Shown: in pieces, positions 1 to 14,709 of the stretch
Position numbering within the stretch: position 1 is the stretch's first letter
Layout of the letters: every line of letters starts with the position of its first letter
NCBI RefSeq assembly: GCF_964355755.1
Contig: NC_092680.1
Span: 6,696,001 to 6,760,000, forward strand
Source: Antedon mediterranea
Taxonomy: Eukaryota > Animalia > Echinodermata
Length of the DNA stretch: 64,000 bases
Direction of reading: 5' to 3'
The notes under the pieces: model-generated
Databases searched by the model: none
Told to the model about the DNA's origin: nothing
Seen by the model: the letters and a program-made list of their open reading frames with translations, nothing else
Translations under genes and position numbers: made by a program

Positions 1-1056
1 GCATTTCTTTATTTCAACTAATTGTAGGTGTAAGTTTGTTTGAAACAGATACATTAACACAAATATGAACATCATTACAATTAACAAATGTCAACATTTA
101 ATATTGTAAATGTTTATTTGGCAACCAAGGATAGGGAAAAGAAATTGAGGCAAAACCAAAATTAGATGGTGATATGATCTGAAGACAAAATGAAAACAAT
201 TGATTGAGAATTGCAAAAGAGAGTAAGTAAATGGAGGCTTTGGAGGAGGGATATCTCCTGAAGAAGCTTTTATTGTATAAACAAATAAATTCAATTTCAT
301 AAACTCTATCCTATTCTATAAATTCTAAACAAGCCATGTAGGGTGACTAACTTAAAAAAATATCTTTACAGCAATAAGTGATTGAAATTAGCTTCCATGT
401 TCATTGCAAATATGTGAGGCATTTTCAACCGTATTCAATTATGAATAGAAATTTAAGTTCAAACTAATGTAGTATAAATAAGTATAAAAGATTGAAATAT
501 GAATATAATTATTTCAATTCAAGAAAGCAATGTATAGGCGTTAAGGCAATTAAAGCTGTGCATACAGATACAAATGTGTTGAATTTTGTGATTCAAGATT
601 AAACAAAACATTCAAAACGGAACTGTAATAATCTTGCTTAATTATCAAAAGGAACTAGGGATTAGATGTGAATTGTCAGTAAATAAATAGGTCCCTGGAA
701 ATTACCCCTTAGAAACTGTCAATTTATGCAGAATTATGTACATAATAACGTACACAATAAAATACTCCAAGCAATTATAATAAATACACGCCATCATGTT
801 GGCATTCAATATTTTGACACTAACTATGTCATCATCATTGTCCATTAATTAATTGTAATAATGGATAAAAGGAAAATAAATGTTTTGAGTGTAATAACTT
901 GACCGTCAACAACCAAAAACATTAAATATTGTCCTACACACTGTATAAACAATTTACAGAATATGTAATGACACCAAAAACAAAATTTGTTTTCTTATCT
1001 TTATTTTGTTATTTCAGTGTGTAAAAGCATATCAACCAGTAGCATAAAAACATCTA

Positions 1057-1898
1057 CCGTATATTTCGGTGTATAAGTCGCACCTGTCTATAAGACGCAC
1101 CCCCTAACTGAGAGTAAAATATAGGTATTTTTTATATCGTCGATGTATAAGACGCACCTTATATTTCCATCAAAACAATTTTTTTTTAAATTGTAATCAA
1201 TATTATTGTAATAATATATTTTGTTATATCTACAACGGCGTCCTTTATTTATGTTTTTTCTTACCTAGGCTCGGCCTCGCCCAGCCTCAACAAGTTCTTT
1301 CTAACTTGTTATTCAAGAGTTTCGCACCCGCAACATCGAGTGCATGACCGTGTGTGTAACACGTACGTACGTGTGGGCTAGCCTCGCTCGATCATTTCGA
1401 GAGGGCGCACGTTTTCACGGACAATCGTATTCGATTAGTATCTATGTTTCCGAGAAGTGTGTACGCTAGGTCCATGCTATAATTACCTGGAGAATATACT
1501 AGTCGAATACCGTACACCATGTGGCCGCCAAGAAGGGCTTGCGCTGGGAGTACGGTGATCGTGCGTATAACTATAAATAAATACTAGCCTAGGCTATTCC
1601 AATCGTAAACGTTTACAAATGAAATTTTATAGGAGCGCCTACAACAGCTCCATAATGAACAAATCTTTTCATCATATTTAGTATAACATCATCTAAAATG
1701 CCTTGAAAACTAGGCAGAAGCAGGTTGCCGTTGTGTTAGTATAATGTAGCTAGTTTAGCCTACTCAGGCCTAGCAAACGAGGTGACGATATGTACAATCT
1801 GTGTGGTGAGGCATTTATGTTCGGTGTATAAGACGCACCCTTAATTTAGAGGTCAAATTTTCGTGTCAAAAGTGCGACTTATACACCGAAATATACGG
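1057..1898. mobile_element. Non-autonomous Tc1/mariner (Tc2/pogo-like) element, 842 bp
   Basis: Perfect 27-bp TIR CCGTATATTTCGGTGTATAAGTCGCAC; TA on both flanks; subterminal TATAAGACGCACC repeats. Confidence 0.9.
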
Positions 1899-2167
1899 TA
1901 AAACACAGCTATAAATGATTTTGGTATGAGCTGCTTTTAACATTTGAAGCTAGAGTGTTTCCCTTAGTGTATTAATGGTGAATACGACCGCTATACATTT
2001 AATATGAGGATAACACAACATACAATTCAATACAACAATTTAGGGAAAGTTTTGTGAGCAGGAACAAATAGAGGGCACTATACCATTTCCTGTTACCTAA
2101 AGTCTCTAGTCTAGTTTAAGTTATAATAGTGTTCTTTACGACCGAGTGTTTTAATTTTTCTTCAAGT

Positions 2168-2950
2168 ATTCAATTCAATTCAACATTTATTTCGACCAAA
2201 ATCAAACAATAACATATGTACCTAACACAAATAAAAGGTATGAAACATGCATGTTTTAACTAAATATTACTATTAGTATTAAGCAAATTGCCATCTAGAA
2301 CCTAAACCTAACATGGCCAATTCAGTAAAATATAATTCTACAGCTTCAAAATATCAGCATGTTTAATCAACATTGATAGTTTTTGAATAGGAATAATGAA
2401 ATCTATGTGCTCATGTCTGAGTAAGACATTAATTCCAAGGCTTATAATGTTTTCTCATCAGCATGAGGTTCATAAATGTTTGAAGGTTTGCATGGTGAAA
2501 TCAAATGTTGATATAATGTTTGCGGTTCACCACATAGTTCTGAAAAGAACTCGAGTTTCTCGACGTTTCGATCGATATACTTTGATCTCGCCCTTCCGAG
2601 TGAGAATGCAGAAAGTCCAGTAAACTGAGAATATAAGTGATATTGGGTGGGACCGGTGTGAAAGCTAAAACAATAGCAAGGTTCACAGTGGGAAGGATTG
2701 AAACTAGCTATAGAAGAGCAGTGTTTCTCATGAACGATGGTTATAAATGTTTTCACATTTGTCACTGTATTGTGTGAGATAATTTTCAGTAAAATCAAAA
2801 CAGTGCAATTCTATGATAGTCACCAGATAGACTTTCTTGATCAGATTGTACCTCTATGAATGGATGACAGAAAAAGTCTTTGATCAAGCAGAATTACGCC
2901 TACAATTTTGATTTTATAATCAATTGAGAAAATATCTCATAGCTTTTTAA
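2168..2950 (-). mobile_element. Degenerate LINE 3' fragment with (TTGAA)n tail
   Basis: Minus strand AAATAAATG(TTGAA)3 at ~2168-2192; upstream broken coding-like frames. Confidence 0.35.
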
Positions 2951-5900
2951 CCATGGTTTGACTAAATTGATCATAAAATGACCAATAACATGATTAATAT
3001 AATATGTTATATCTATTTTCATTTACAACTATTAACTCATAATATTAATGTGGTTTGTTTCAATAAGTTTGATAGTTAAATTACATAATAAAATTAAAAT
3101 CCGTCTACCTAAACATTTTCAAATAAAAATTGTTATACTACATGAATGTTTAAATCCTCTAACTGAATTGTTACAAAATCATTCTACATTTGAAAATTTC
3201 CCAGAAGGTTTGGATTCTGTCTGCAGAAAATCATAATCAATAGTTATTTAGTACAGGTGTAAATACAACAAAATATGCAGATAGGATCTAGAACCATTTG
3301 ACAGGGTTTCATTGGAAAAGAAAAACCACATGCAATGTCTCACCACAAATAGTTACTCACAGCATGGAATTAACTATATAAATAGTTCCACCATGCTGAA
3401 GATGTGTACAGTCGGACTAGAAAATCTTCCCATAATGCAGTCTAACATCAGTGACTATCCAATTTAATGTAAACACACCCACCTTATTATCAATTCTTGC
3501 CCACCAGAGCTAACCACACCTACTTAATAAATATTAGTCATGTGATAACTCTAAACCAATAGTAATTGATATCTTTGAGTAGGTAAATAATTCACATCTT
3601 GTGGTGTAACTGGATCCTTGTCAAACAAAAGGTTTTATTTTTTTGCAAGAAACTTGTAATCACAGGTTTAAGAGCATAAATCAAGGCTGAATCAAGAGAA
3701 CAATTTTATTGGTGGGTCTAAAAATCTAGAATGATAAACAGCTGTATGGCCACGTCTGCCAGATTTAGCAATTAATTCAGGAAGACTATTAAAAACTCAA
3801 TAATAGGAAAAGAAATGAACACTGCCCAAGGGAAGCTGAAGAAATTAAACCAGTAAACATTACTACATCTTTCTGTAGCTTGATTTTTTTCAGGAAAGAA
3901 AGTGAATATGCACTCTAGGGAAAAGGAAAATTTAAGAATAATAAAAGGATTGTTGAGGCTTCACTTATCTGGGGACAAAGTGAAGTAAATGTAATTCAAG
4001 TGTTCACAATATATAAATTCTCATTTAATCCTGCGATTTTTTAAAAGAAACAGGCCCACAGACATCTTTTTTTTACTAAAAATATTTGTACACAAAATTT
4101 TGTGTTGCTTTCATCTACCCATGTAAAGCAGAATTACTTACATCAAAGAAAACATTAACATATGTTGTGCTATAAATATTGATAAATCTACCATTCACTA
4201 TCTATCATTGACATCACTCAATTCAAGTACTATGAACTACAAGTACGAAATGGGGACACTTTTAGGACCCAAAAAAGTGTCACTGAATCATGAGGTTGGC
4301 GGTAATATTAAAATATTGCTCCTTGGTTATTTCACACTAAGAAGTGTCCCTTAATAGGGATGTCCAAAAGTATGGGCAGTATTGTATTCCACGTAAATGA
4401 AATTCACACATTGGTAATACATAAAAAACTATTTAAATTTTCCATGTTTGCATGGTTCCTCAAAATAATAGCCCAAAAATTGATTAGTAGTTGGTTAATT
4501 CTTGACAGTTGAAATAGATTTGAATATTAACATAAACTTTCAGCATATTAATGGTCAAATAATGTCATGATATATTTGCTTAAATAAACATAACCAATAT
4601 TGGCATTTCAATCTTGATTACATACAATTTGGCATCTTAATGAATATTGTTGTGTTTTATTATGGTGAGAGTCATAAGGACATCTACGATGAGTGGAGTG
4701 AGGCTTCCCATTGCTATAAAACAGCAAAGATATGTCACTAGCAATTAATGTACTGAACAATTATGAGATATTGAATGTCCTTATTTAGCCTAGATATTTC
4801 AAAAGGGGACACTACATCAAGTATTCAGTGTACAGTTTGATGACAAAATGTTGAAGTAGAACCTCTTAAATATCATAAATCAAAAAACATTGTTGTTAGC
4901 TTTATTGCTATAAAAAAATTTAAAGTTTATCAGCTTGATGAATAAGACAGGCCAGTTCTGGGAATAAATCCAGATATTTGGTTCAGGTGGTTTTGTCCAA
5001 AAAAAAATCTAATATGGTTGAGAGACTACACCACCTCACTCCTGCCATGTTTGGTGCAGAGATAAAGACATTTTGATAGAATATAAAGGGAGCTTGGATT
5101 TTCAGAAATTGTGATAAAATATTTTCTGGGTAGTAAATAGTAGTAAAAAGTTTTTAAAATGAATTAGTTAAATTTATTTTAAATTATCATGCAATTAAAC
5201 TTTCATCAACTCAATCAAAGTTTGGTAAAAGAATGGATAATGAAAGTATTGATTTTAAACATTCTTTACAAAACCCCTATTACAATTTACAAAATGTCCC
5301 TTTAGTGGATGTTTTCCATAGTGTGTAGTGCCTGGGGAAATGTCCCTTTAATAACAGGTTGTCACTCTACTGGATATGTAAAATATTACAATGTTTTATT
5401 TTTAAAATATTATCTATAATAATTATATATTTTAAACTTATAATATTAATTTCATATAGTTATTATATAAATACTCACGCATAAAATTTAATCAAATATT
5501 CCAAAAAATAATATAGCATTCCTTCTAAATTGTTCCTACAGAACAGAAAAATATTCTGTTCAGTATATATTATATAATAAGCAAAATTATCTGGTAAATT
5601 TTCTTAATATTTAATGCTAAGATTAGAACTAGTGCGAAAGAATATTATTAAAACAGTGGCACAGCATAATGTTTAATAGTAATCTTTAATAACATGAAGT
5701 AGGACACAAGTCGAGCATATAGATTACGCTTCACTTGATCAATCAAGCAAAAAATTAGACGATGCATTAGTTTTGATATTTTATCCACTTGACAAGGTTC
5801 TTAAACTGTGTCTACCTAAATATAATAAAGAGTTAAACAAGGTGGCATATACACCCACTGAATATTAATATAAAACTTGTCAAATCCACTTTTCATAACA

Positions 5901-7443
5901 CGTTCTGCTTATTGCAAGAGCCCAGTTAATTTGAAACTTGGATCAATTTTCCAATGATTACTGGGAGGTCAACTACCTATACCGTTCCATATGTGGACAC
6001 GTAACTGTAATTTTTGCTTGATTATCTGCTCCAACGCTGATCCAATTTCCTTTAAAAAAAACTTTCTTAAGTTTTCAACACAAATTACACTCAAATGAGT
6101 AAAGGAAATGTTGCGAGTAATTTAATTGGGGAAGCAAAAACTAGCTATTGCTATAATTCTAAGCGCTATTCTGTATTATTCTTACTGAAAGAAAGAGCAA
6201 AATAAAGGCACCTAATATCTGAGGGTTCGTTAACAAAACCTGAAGTTCCGGGGATGTCCTTGGATAACTAGGTAATCATTTAACACATTTCTCGCTGTCC
6301 GTCTCGATTTTATTTATAGAGCTTCAAAGTGACCCAGCAACTTTGCAGGGAACACACCAGTCCTTTTAACACAAAATGGTTTTATAAGAATATGGATGAA
6401 ACTTTAGCTGTTTAAAACAACCTCAAGAACAAAAACCTCAAACAAAACAGAAAACAACATTTATCTTTTATGACACGAAAGGAAGGGTTTCAAGAGTGTC
6501 ATGAACAATATAAGTTGATCTAATGCTTATTACTGATTTTACAAAATAACATGAAAACTTGATTAAGAAAAAGATGGACAGGAAACTATGAACAATCGAG
6601 ACAAAAGAGCTTAATGTGTCAGTGACTAAAAATAAATTTGATCAATTTTTTTCTAGGAAAGGTTTGTAAGTTTAGTGAACTATAATGAGAGGGGATATAA
6701 TTACTCCACTTGTCCAAAAGTGAGGCCCATTTACACTTATTCAACTTTAGCTGGCCCCGAGGGCCGCCCGGGGTGGCACTGTACTTGAGCTGGTATTGTT
6801 TTGAACCTCATTCACACTTTCAACAAATAGGAGCCTCAGGCTGATATTATTCTGTTTACACTTTGTTCTCATAGAGCGTATAATGATTTGATTTGCTCTT
6901 TACAGTATACACTTGTCCCACTATTATACAGCAGATACAGTAGCATTCATGATATATAAATAACAATTTTTATCTAGGTTCCTACAACAGGATCTGAACT
7001 CCTTTTCTTGTGTTTTGCTTGTTTTTCTTCTCCCAAGTTATCCTTTTGGATTTGCGTTACTTTGCAGTCACAGTTTAAGAACTTCAAACAAAATGAGCTT
7101 CTAATGTTCCTTATATTGTGCATGAGCGACTGAAATTGTAGGCATTAAACACACTTAAACTAGGATATAATCGGCTTTGACAAAGAAAGCTAAAGTGCAC
7201 ATTGACCATCTTAATTCTTACTTAGCTTTTAAAATGTTAACCTATAGGTAGGCTACATAGAGAGAGAGAGAATTTTTCTTTGGTGTTAAATTTACCACAC
7301 CAATGAAAAATTCACAAAAATTATCATTAGAAACCAGATGAATTTATCAGACGAGTTAATTCATTATAAAAGGCATTAGTGGTCGTGATGTGCATGCATC
7401 CCTAAATAAAAAGCGGTTGTCTAACCATGGAGGTAACTAACCT

Positions 7444-7493
7444 ATCAGAGCATGGAGTAATAATTATTACTAATTATTACTCTATGATCAGAG
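7444..7493. other. P-type excision footprint (16+4+16 nt palindrome, TSD ATCAGAG)
   Basis: ATCAGAG-CATGGAGTAATAATTA-TTAC-TAATTATTACTCTATG-ATCAGAG. Confidence 0.7.
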
Positions 7494-8041
7494 TTAACAT
7501 TTGATGTACCTCGGAAACCTATCAGATTCTGGCAAGAAATGGTCAAGCACCTACAGTATACCACAAATATTACTCAACTTAAGCTAGTGCATATAACGAA
7601 GCTAAAGACATGGGAATGTGACTTTTGAAAAAACAAGATTAAAAACATTTGGATGGCTCAATTTGGTAGTAGGAGGCACTATGTCCAACAAACGAAACAA
7701 GATGATGAGCATGGAGTCTATTGTAAATCTATACTGTAACTTGGAAAAAAAAACTGGCCAGCAACTAAAACTGGGTTGTAAGGGCAATGTACAGGATGCA
7801 TTATGAGCTTTGCATATAATTTGGATGATCTGTTCATGTATTAATAAATTGGGAAGGATGTATTAGATCCTGCCAACTTTTATTTTCCATCTTAAGTAAA
7901 GACATAGAGGTTCTTTTAATTCAAACACTTTGACACATAATAAGGCTCCAATAGGTTTATTATGAAAACAATTGTATTAATATTGTTTGAGAAGTAAAGT
8001 TATCAACCAAGATTAATACCAATATTCAAACTGATGACTAA

Positions 8042-8170
8042 AGCTCGGTCTACACTATCAAACTAATTTGTGATGTGCCCAAATATGGTAGTGATATGAC
8101 ACCATCATGTCCATTATGGGCACACCACATTTTTTTTTGTCACATAAGGTTTAATAGTGTAGACAAGGCA
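8042..8170. mobile_element. Harbinger/Tourist-like MITE family A, copy
   Basis: TAA then AGCTCGGTCTACACTATCAAAC ... TAGTGTAGACA; internal GCCCAAATATGG motif. Confidence 0.7.
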
Positions 8171-11100
8171 AAAGGGTTGACTTACCATAAAACATTGAAT
8201 CATATCAACAAAGGATGTTGTATTTACTGTTTAATTATCATTTTCAATCAAAAATTACTAATTAAGTAATTAAAGTGACATGTGATTTATGATGTGATAA
8301 ATTAATAATTAACTATTTCCTGTTTAAATTTACACATTTTAAAAACTTCAATAACAATTAAAATCACAAAATAAATGGATATTATAACTATTATTTAAAA
8401 AAAGGTATTAATAATAATTACTTTTTATATTAACACCAAGTTTTTACAAAGATTATAAATTATCTTTTTAAAGGATGCTCACTTTTTAATTCACTTTACA
8501 TATTAGTAGAATAATGATTAGAAAACACATATTGTATTTTTCTCCCTCTAACTTATTTAGTCAATGCTAAATCTTAATTATATTTAATTGGTTTGTTTTT
8601 TGTTTTGTTACTTGGCAAAATAGAATTTTGCTAAGTATTACTTGCTTTGTTTGTTAGCACGATAGCGTCCAGAATTATCAAATTATCGCCCTGAATGTTT
8701 GGGTGTATATACTTTAAGAACATGCTTATTGATTTTCAGGAAAATTGATATATTGGTCACATCACAAAAACTTATTATATTCAAATCTGACTTGCATCTT
8801 CCATATGCAAAATTAAATAGCACGCTCTCTGTATTCTTTTAACATGGACCGAAATATCAAGTAGCGAGACGACTCTCTCCAAATATAGTTTTCTCTGAAA
8901 TATATTTTGCCAAGTACTTCACTCAGTTTCTGAGTATTTTTATTTTTTTGTATTTTAAAAACAATTATCGTGTTTTATTCACGGTATCTGTTATTAATTA
9001 GTACAGTATTATGAATCTCATCTCATCAAAACAATCAATTCAATAAATAGGCCTATTAGGCCTATAGCAAGTACTGTACATTCATTTTTTTTCAGTCATT
9101 TCAGTTCTAATTGAATAATCTTAAAGATCTTATAGAAAGTCTTACTCTATTTAAATTCTAAAATTGCAGTTCAAAAAAAAATCAAGTTTATTGATAATCC
9201 TAAACAATGGGGATTCTTAAGTCAAAGCTTTACCAAAAATCACAAAACTTGCATAAAAATTGTATTCTTACAGTCACTCCCAAGTAAACTTTACACAGTA
9301 CAAGCAATGGGCCTAGTGTTTCACTCAACGTCTTTCTATCTGTTCTATGTTTGAGAGAACTGAGCTAGAAATACTCAGTATCTGTGGAGCCAAAACTAAG
9401 TTTATATTTAGCAAATGACTAGCAGATTTTGGACTGCCACACAAATGCTGATTATTCTTAAACAAATTTGTCATTTACCAAAACTTTAGCATTTCCTGCT
9501 ACACAGACGTTCAGTAGCAAAATGCATGTTGAAGAACCGCGGCAGATTTTTTTAAACTTCTGAATTCTTTGATTCTACATTAAAACAAACAATTAAAGAT
9601 GTTTATGATCTTTATCCAAGTACATTATTTATAACTTCAACAAGACAAATTAGGAATAGAGATAAAAAAAGAAAAGAAAAGATATCTGAATTTTCTCCTT
9701 GTAAAAACAAATTACCGGTGACCAACTTTAATAGTTAAAATATTGGAGTGTGTGCTGAAATCGGATGTATTAAAGTTAAACTGCCAATCATAAAACTACT
9801 AACAAACTACCGTGGGGAGTTCAAGTACATACTCTACGCAGTCTAAAGCATATTTTCCTCCTGTATGAATTGGTATCTTTAATTGGCCCCAACATAACAT
9901 GACATTTCTCTTTCATCACAAGTTAAAAATCACAGTTATAATTACCAAGAAGTATAACTATAGTGGACCTTTTGTGGTAGTTGTCAGGTAGTTTCCTTTC
10001 AAATGACATAGTATCAATCAGTAAGGGCAACACCATGGTGCTGCTGGGCTGTGAAACATTACCAGAGTACAGGGAAACTAATAAGATAAAGAGTATGTAT
10101 AAAGGCTTAAAAACTACCCTACTACAGTAAACTGTTTTTAATTTGAATTTAAATTGAATCAATAATTTCTATTTCAGTTTTGGCAATCAGCATAAAAACT
10201 TGCTATGACAAAAAAGTTGGCCCTCAGATTTTGGCAGCTGGGCCGAGCAACTAGAGGCAGCGATATCTAGGTTGGTTTTAGGTTTCATATACTGTACAGT
10301 ATATTACGTATTATGGGGCTATTGCAAGACAAACCCAGACCTCTGGTGCCTACAGTTTACAGGTTTAATGTTCTCTGTACTATTGTTGAGAAGGTTTTGG
10401 CAAATTGATTTTGAATAGGGACACAGTGTATTGAGCAGACTGTTGAATGGAATCATTCAATATCACTTTAAAGATTGAATGGGTCAAATGCAATTTTGTA
10501 TGATCAACTATTATAGCAAGGATGTATTTAATGCAGTATTTAATGTCCTATATACTATACCTATTGCAACTTGTAAGTTACTTGAATTGCTGGTGTTTTA
10601 AGTGTTTTTTACTTTATGAAAGACGCGATGTAGATTGATCATGCTTGTGTTAAGATTTAAACTTTGTCATAGGATCTGGTTAAGGTTGTTGAAAATCCAC
10701 TTAGGATCGATATGATGGAACATGATGCAAATTAGTCAATACAAGACATAATAAGTCAACCTTTGACCTCATTATGCAAATTAATATATAAATGCATTAC
10801 TGCATCACAGGAAAAACAAGTTTTTATTCAGGATATAAATACTTAATTTGACAAGGTTATCAATTAGCGAAATGAAATAAGTATTTAATGAGTTTTCCAT
10901 TATTATTTTGATGTAGGCCTACTCTAGTCTTAATAGTTTTCTCTTTTTATATGACTTTGCTTGCTTGCTTCAGAATCACCAGTCTTGTTAACAGAAAGTG
11001 ACTTCTAAACACAAGTATGGTTTTTGTCAATAGTATGTTATAATTCATTGAATCGGAAAGGTCAAGGTCTTGAGGTAGATTTGAAAGTGCTGATAATGTA

Positions 11101-11811
11101 ATTACATTTCAGCTCTAACATTCTGTTTTTAAATATCTTAATTTTCATGTCATGTTTCGGTTGAAATACATGCGAAGTGAAATAAACGGTACTCGATCAG
11201 GGAACTTGAATCCGGATGTGCTGCTTATGACATTAAATTTGCATGAACAAAATGAAAGGAATGATTATGAACAAAAAAAAAGCAAACATGTTTTCGCAAA
11301 CATAACAAACAACAAAAGTGCGGAAATAGTATGTTAATTGAAAAAAGTACCAATAATTGCTATCTAAAATAACTATGATGTCATTACTGTAGTAGGCATA
11401 ATTAGCTACTTTTTATTTACTTGTAAGCTTTTGATCTTGATGAAATTAGTGAGTCTAACAATATTAAAATCTAACCTTCAATTTTATGACGAGTTACAAA
11501 TATGATTGAAGTGTTTGTATCATATTATGTGAGGTCACATTCTGATTTTGCATAACAACAAACATTCATTTATTGATTTTTAAGCAATGCTGGTTCTAAT
11601 ATAGCAATGCACACTGATGCAGATCCTTGGATGGGGTGGGTGTTTGGTCATCTGCAAAACCACAATTTTGTATAAAAGCAATCCTGTTTTATTTAGGTTT
11701 TTTTTCTGACCTCCCACCAATACTCAAAACAAATCCCCAAGCACTTTCACAATCTCTATCATCACCAATAAATCTTTTCATTCCATACCACTATTAATTT
11801 TTCCATATTTA

Positions 11812-11849
11812 CTGCAACCATGGTGGTATTTTTACCTCCATACTGCAAC
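11812..11849. other. P-type excision footprint (TSD CTGCAAC)
   Basis: CTGCAAC-CATGGTGGTATTTTTACCTCCATA-CTGCAAC; arms match the TIR of the 28249 element. Confidence 0.7.
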
Positions 11850-13065
11850 AAACGAATACTAATAGACAATAGTAATGGGTTTGTATTGGGATGAATCACT
11901 GCATTATTAAACAATTTTATGCCAGATACACTGATGTTTCGTTTGAGTCATACAGAAAAACAACACATTATAATTTTAATATTTGATTTTAAGAATTGCA
12001 GTTAATAATTTGTTGATGATTCAGGCTTAAGAAGAGCATTAACTGCTCAATTGATTGTTTTGCAGGGGAAATACGGAGGTTAATTTTCTTGTTTTAAATT
12101 GCCATCAAGGTTTTTCCAATTATTCAGTTATTATCGTAATACTGCTTTGATAATTTTTTTGTTAAAAAGGCTCTGACTGTTTTGTGTTATACAGTAATCG
12201 CTTTGATTCAGGGGTGGATCTAGCATTTTTTATATAAGACAATAACAACAAACAATAGCCTGTGGACTGGTTTGTGTATTTTTAATTTTGTTCAACTGAA
12301 ATATAGGAGGGAGGGTGGGGGTTGACTGATCCACCTCTCAAAATCTGTCTCTGTGATTGATATTTTGTAAGGGAAGTGTAAAATGACCAAACCATTTTGA
12401 GTTAACACCTTGCCTAAGATGCAAGAATATACACGACTTTTAATCATTTAACAGTAATAGCAGCCCTCCCATGGGAAAAATGATTACCGGTGTACACTTG
12501 CTTATTTATCCTTTCTAATAAAAAGAAGACTATATCTAAGCACCATGGGACTTTTGATACAAAATCACATTTCAAATAATATAATTATTATGAACATTTT
12601 GCCATAATTTTAGAACATCAATATTTTTTTGGATAATACAACATGTGTTTTTAACTAAATATCAAATTAGAATGGGTCAATAGTAATACTCGGGAGGGAA
12701 GTTTTATGACATCCAAATTTGTATGTCACTCCAGTGAGAATAATTAGTCTGGTCAGATTAAACAATCTAGCGTTAGTTATCAAACTTGTTATGAAATAAT
12801 CCAGCATTCAAAGTGTGAAGCTAATCAAGCGGTGAATGGATTGCGGTCGAGGCAATGACATGATCAAAAACGTGTAATGGTTCGCAGGACTTTACTGTCA
12901 CAGACAGATCGTAGCCAACCAGTATCAACAGGAAGGTATAGTGGCAGAAGAATGGACAGAACGACAACAAAATTAGCTTCCTTTGAATTAATTGTGAAGG
13001 ATCTTACGTGCCTGTATATGGGTTCAATGATTTACTCAACGTTTCAAGAGTATGCTAGTTAAGCG

Positions 13066-13320
13066 ACCGAAGTTAAGCGACGTTGGGCCTGGTTAGAGCT
13101 TGGATGGGAGACCATCTGGGAATAACGGGTGCTGTATACGGAGCTGGGGTCCCGTTAGGCATTTGAAATCAGCACTGCTGACTCTTATGGCAGCCTCTGC
13201 ATCTAGTATCTGCCTCAGACCTCTGGTCAAGGTGGGTACTGGACGAGAGAAGCCCTTGATCAATGTTAGGACCAATCAAGGTGCTTTAAACAGTCCTGGC
13301 TTTGTTTGTATCAAACCTGT
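13066..13320 (+). mobile_element. 5S rRNA-derived SINE (SINE3-type), copy 1
   Basis: GAAGTTAAGC..GGGCCTGGTTAG..CTTGGATGGGAGACC..CTGGGAATA.CGGGTGCTGTA is the 3' half of 5S rRNA, followed by a non-5S body shared with 27338-27605. Confidence 0.8.
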
Positions 13321-13518
13321 TAGTGGCGGTAATTATCGCTGTTGGTTTTGATTAAATAAAATAAAAAATTAACTTTACTTAAAGTTGTTATTTAATTTCA
13401 TTTACAGTATTTAATTTAGAAAGATCTATTTATTTAGTTTGAAGCATTGGGTTAATAGAAGGATACACAACTGCAACAATAGTAAACCAGATGCTCATAT
13501 ATTGATACAGTACAAATA

Positions 13519-13729
13519 AAATAGAACCCCTATTTAGTGGACACTTCACATGAAACAAACAAGAAGAAATATATGTTTTAACGCTACGACTAACCCCTAT
13601 TAAGGCGACACTTTCTTGTGAATCTGAATTGGATGATGACAAAATAACTACGACCAACCCCTGCTAGAGGACACCCTTAATAGGGAATGCTTTGTTGGGT
13701 CCCTTTAATTATTAGGGGTCCTATAGTAC
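13519..13729. mobile_element. Degenerate Tigger/pogo-like MITE (related fragments near 4240-4380 and 5270-5370)
   Basis: TAGAACCCCT ... AGGGGTCCTA ends with repeated CCCCTATT..GGACAC motifs. Confidence 0.45.
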
Positions 13730-14664
13730 TATAGATTTACAGTTAATGAATTAAATTGAATTTGTTAGATCTCTGTAATTTCTTTGTTATTGTATATCAA
13801 ATGTAGATCAACTAACCAAATTTCACTTGTACCTTGTTGTTAAAATGACAATAAATTCTATCGTATCATATTGAAATTATTTAACTTTAAATAATCTCCA
13901 TAGTGCACTAAAATAGTTGTTAATATAGTTTATTATGTATGTCTTGAAATTATGGCCTACAGTGATTATATTTTGAACAGACCTCATCCGCATAATAAAT
14001 AAAATATCAGTAACATTCTAGTATTTATATTATCCTATAAATACATTTTATGGGATTTAAATTTACTATTTTTATCATTTGTTCATAATGTCATTAATAT
14101 AATATTATTCGTCTCAAATTGTTTTTGAAAATTGGGGTCAAGTGTTCTTATAAAATGTATTCTTACATTTTTATAAAAAAAGTATATTTTGTCGCCAAAT
14201 TGATAATATAACCAGATGACTAACAGTTTATCAAATAAAATCTGAGACAATGTCAATTTTATCATTTTGATTGACTGACATGTCTCATTTTAAAAATACA
14301 TTTGGAGACATCTTTGTGAACAATAGATTTCTATGTGATGTACAATAATATACTGATATCAAGATCTTATTGACTCTTTTAGCTTTTTAGAGTGTTTATT
14401 ATAAGAAGACATTTTATATGGTCAAAAATGTATTTTTTTTTATTATTGTTGGTTTAATTTCCTTCCAATTAGGGTGGGGCTGAGGTTGATTCACTCACTT
14501 CCCATCAAAAATTTTTTTTATCTGTGTTTACGATATCTGACCACATAGATAGACATATATTTCTTCCATTTTCAAACATCAAATTCTGTACACCCTCGTT
14601 ATGGGGTATGTTCAGACTCACTGTATTTTAAGTAGCATTTTATATGCGGCGTACACATTTTTGT

Positions 14665-14709
14665 GTCTGAACATTGAGTAAAGAATAATTCTTTACTCCA
14701 TGGTCTGAA
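14665..14709. other. P-type excision footprint (15+1+15, TSD GTCTGAA)
   Basis: GTCTGAA-CATTGAGTAAAGAAT-A-ATTCTTTACTCCATG-GTCTGAA. Confidence 0.7.

Noticed and set aside
3363-3395. CATGG...CCATG palindrome resembling a P footprint
   Set aside because: No 7-bp flanking duplication and poor arm symmetry; the same applies to 23476-23498.
9969-10077. Exon-like stretch in ORF 9923..10162 (-)
   Set aside because: No recognisable homology, weak donor (gtccac), and no partner exons.
13066-13140. 5S rRNA gene
   Set aside because: 5' half missing, no terminator T-run, and it continues into a body shared with a second dispersed copy, so it is a SINE.
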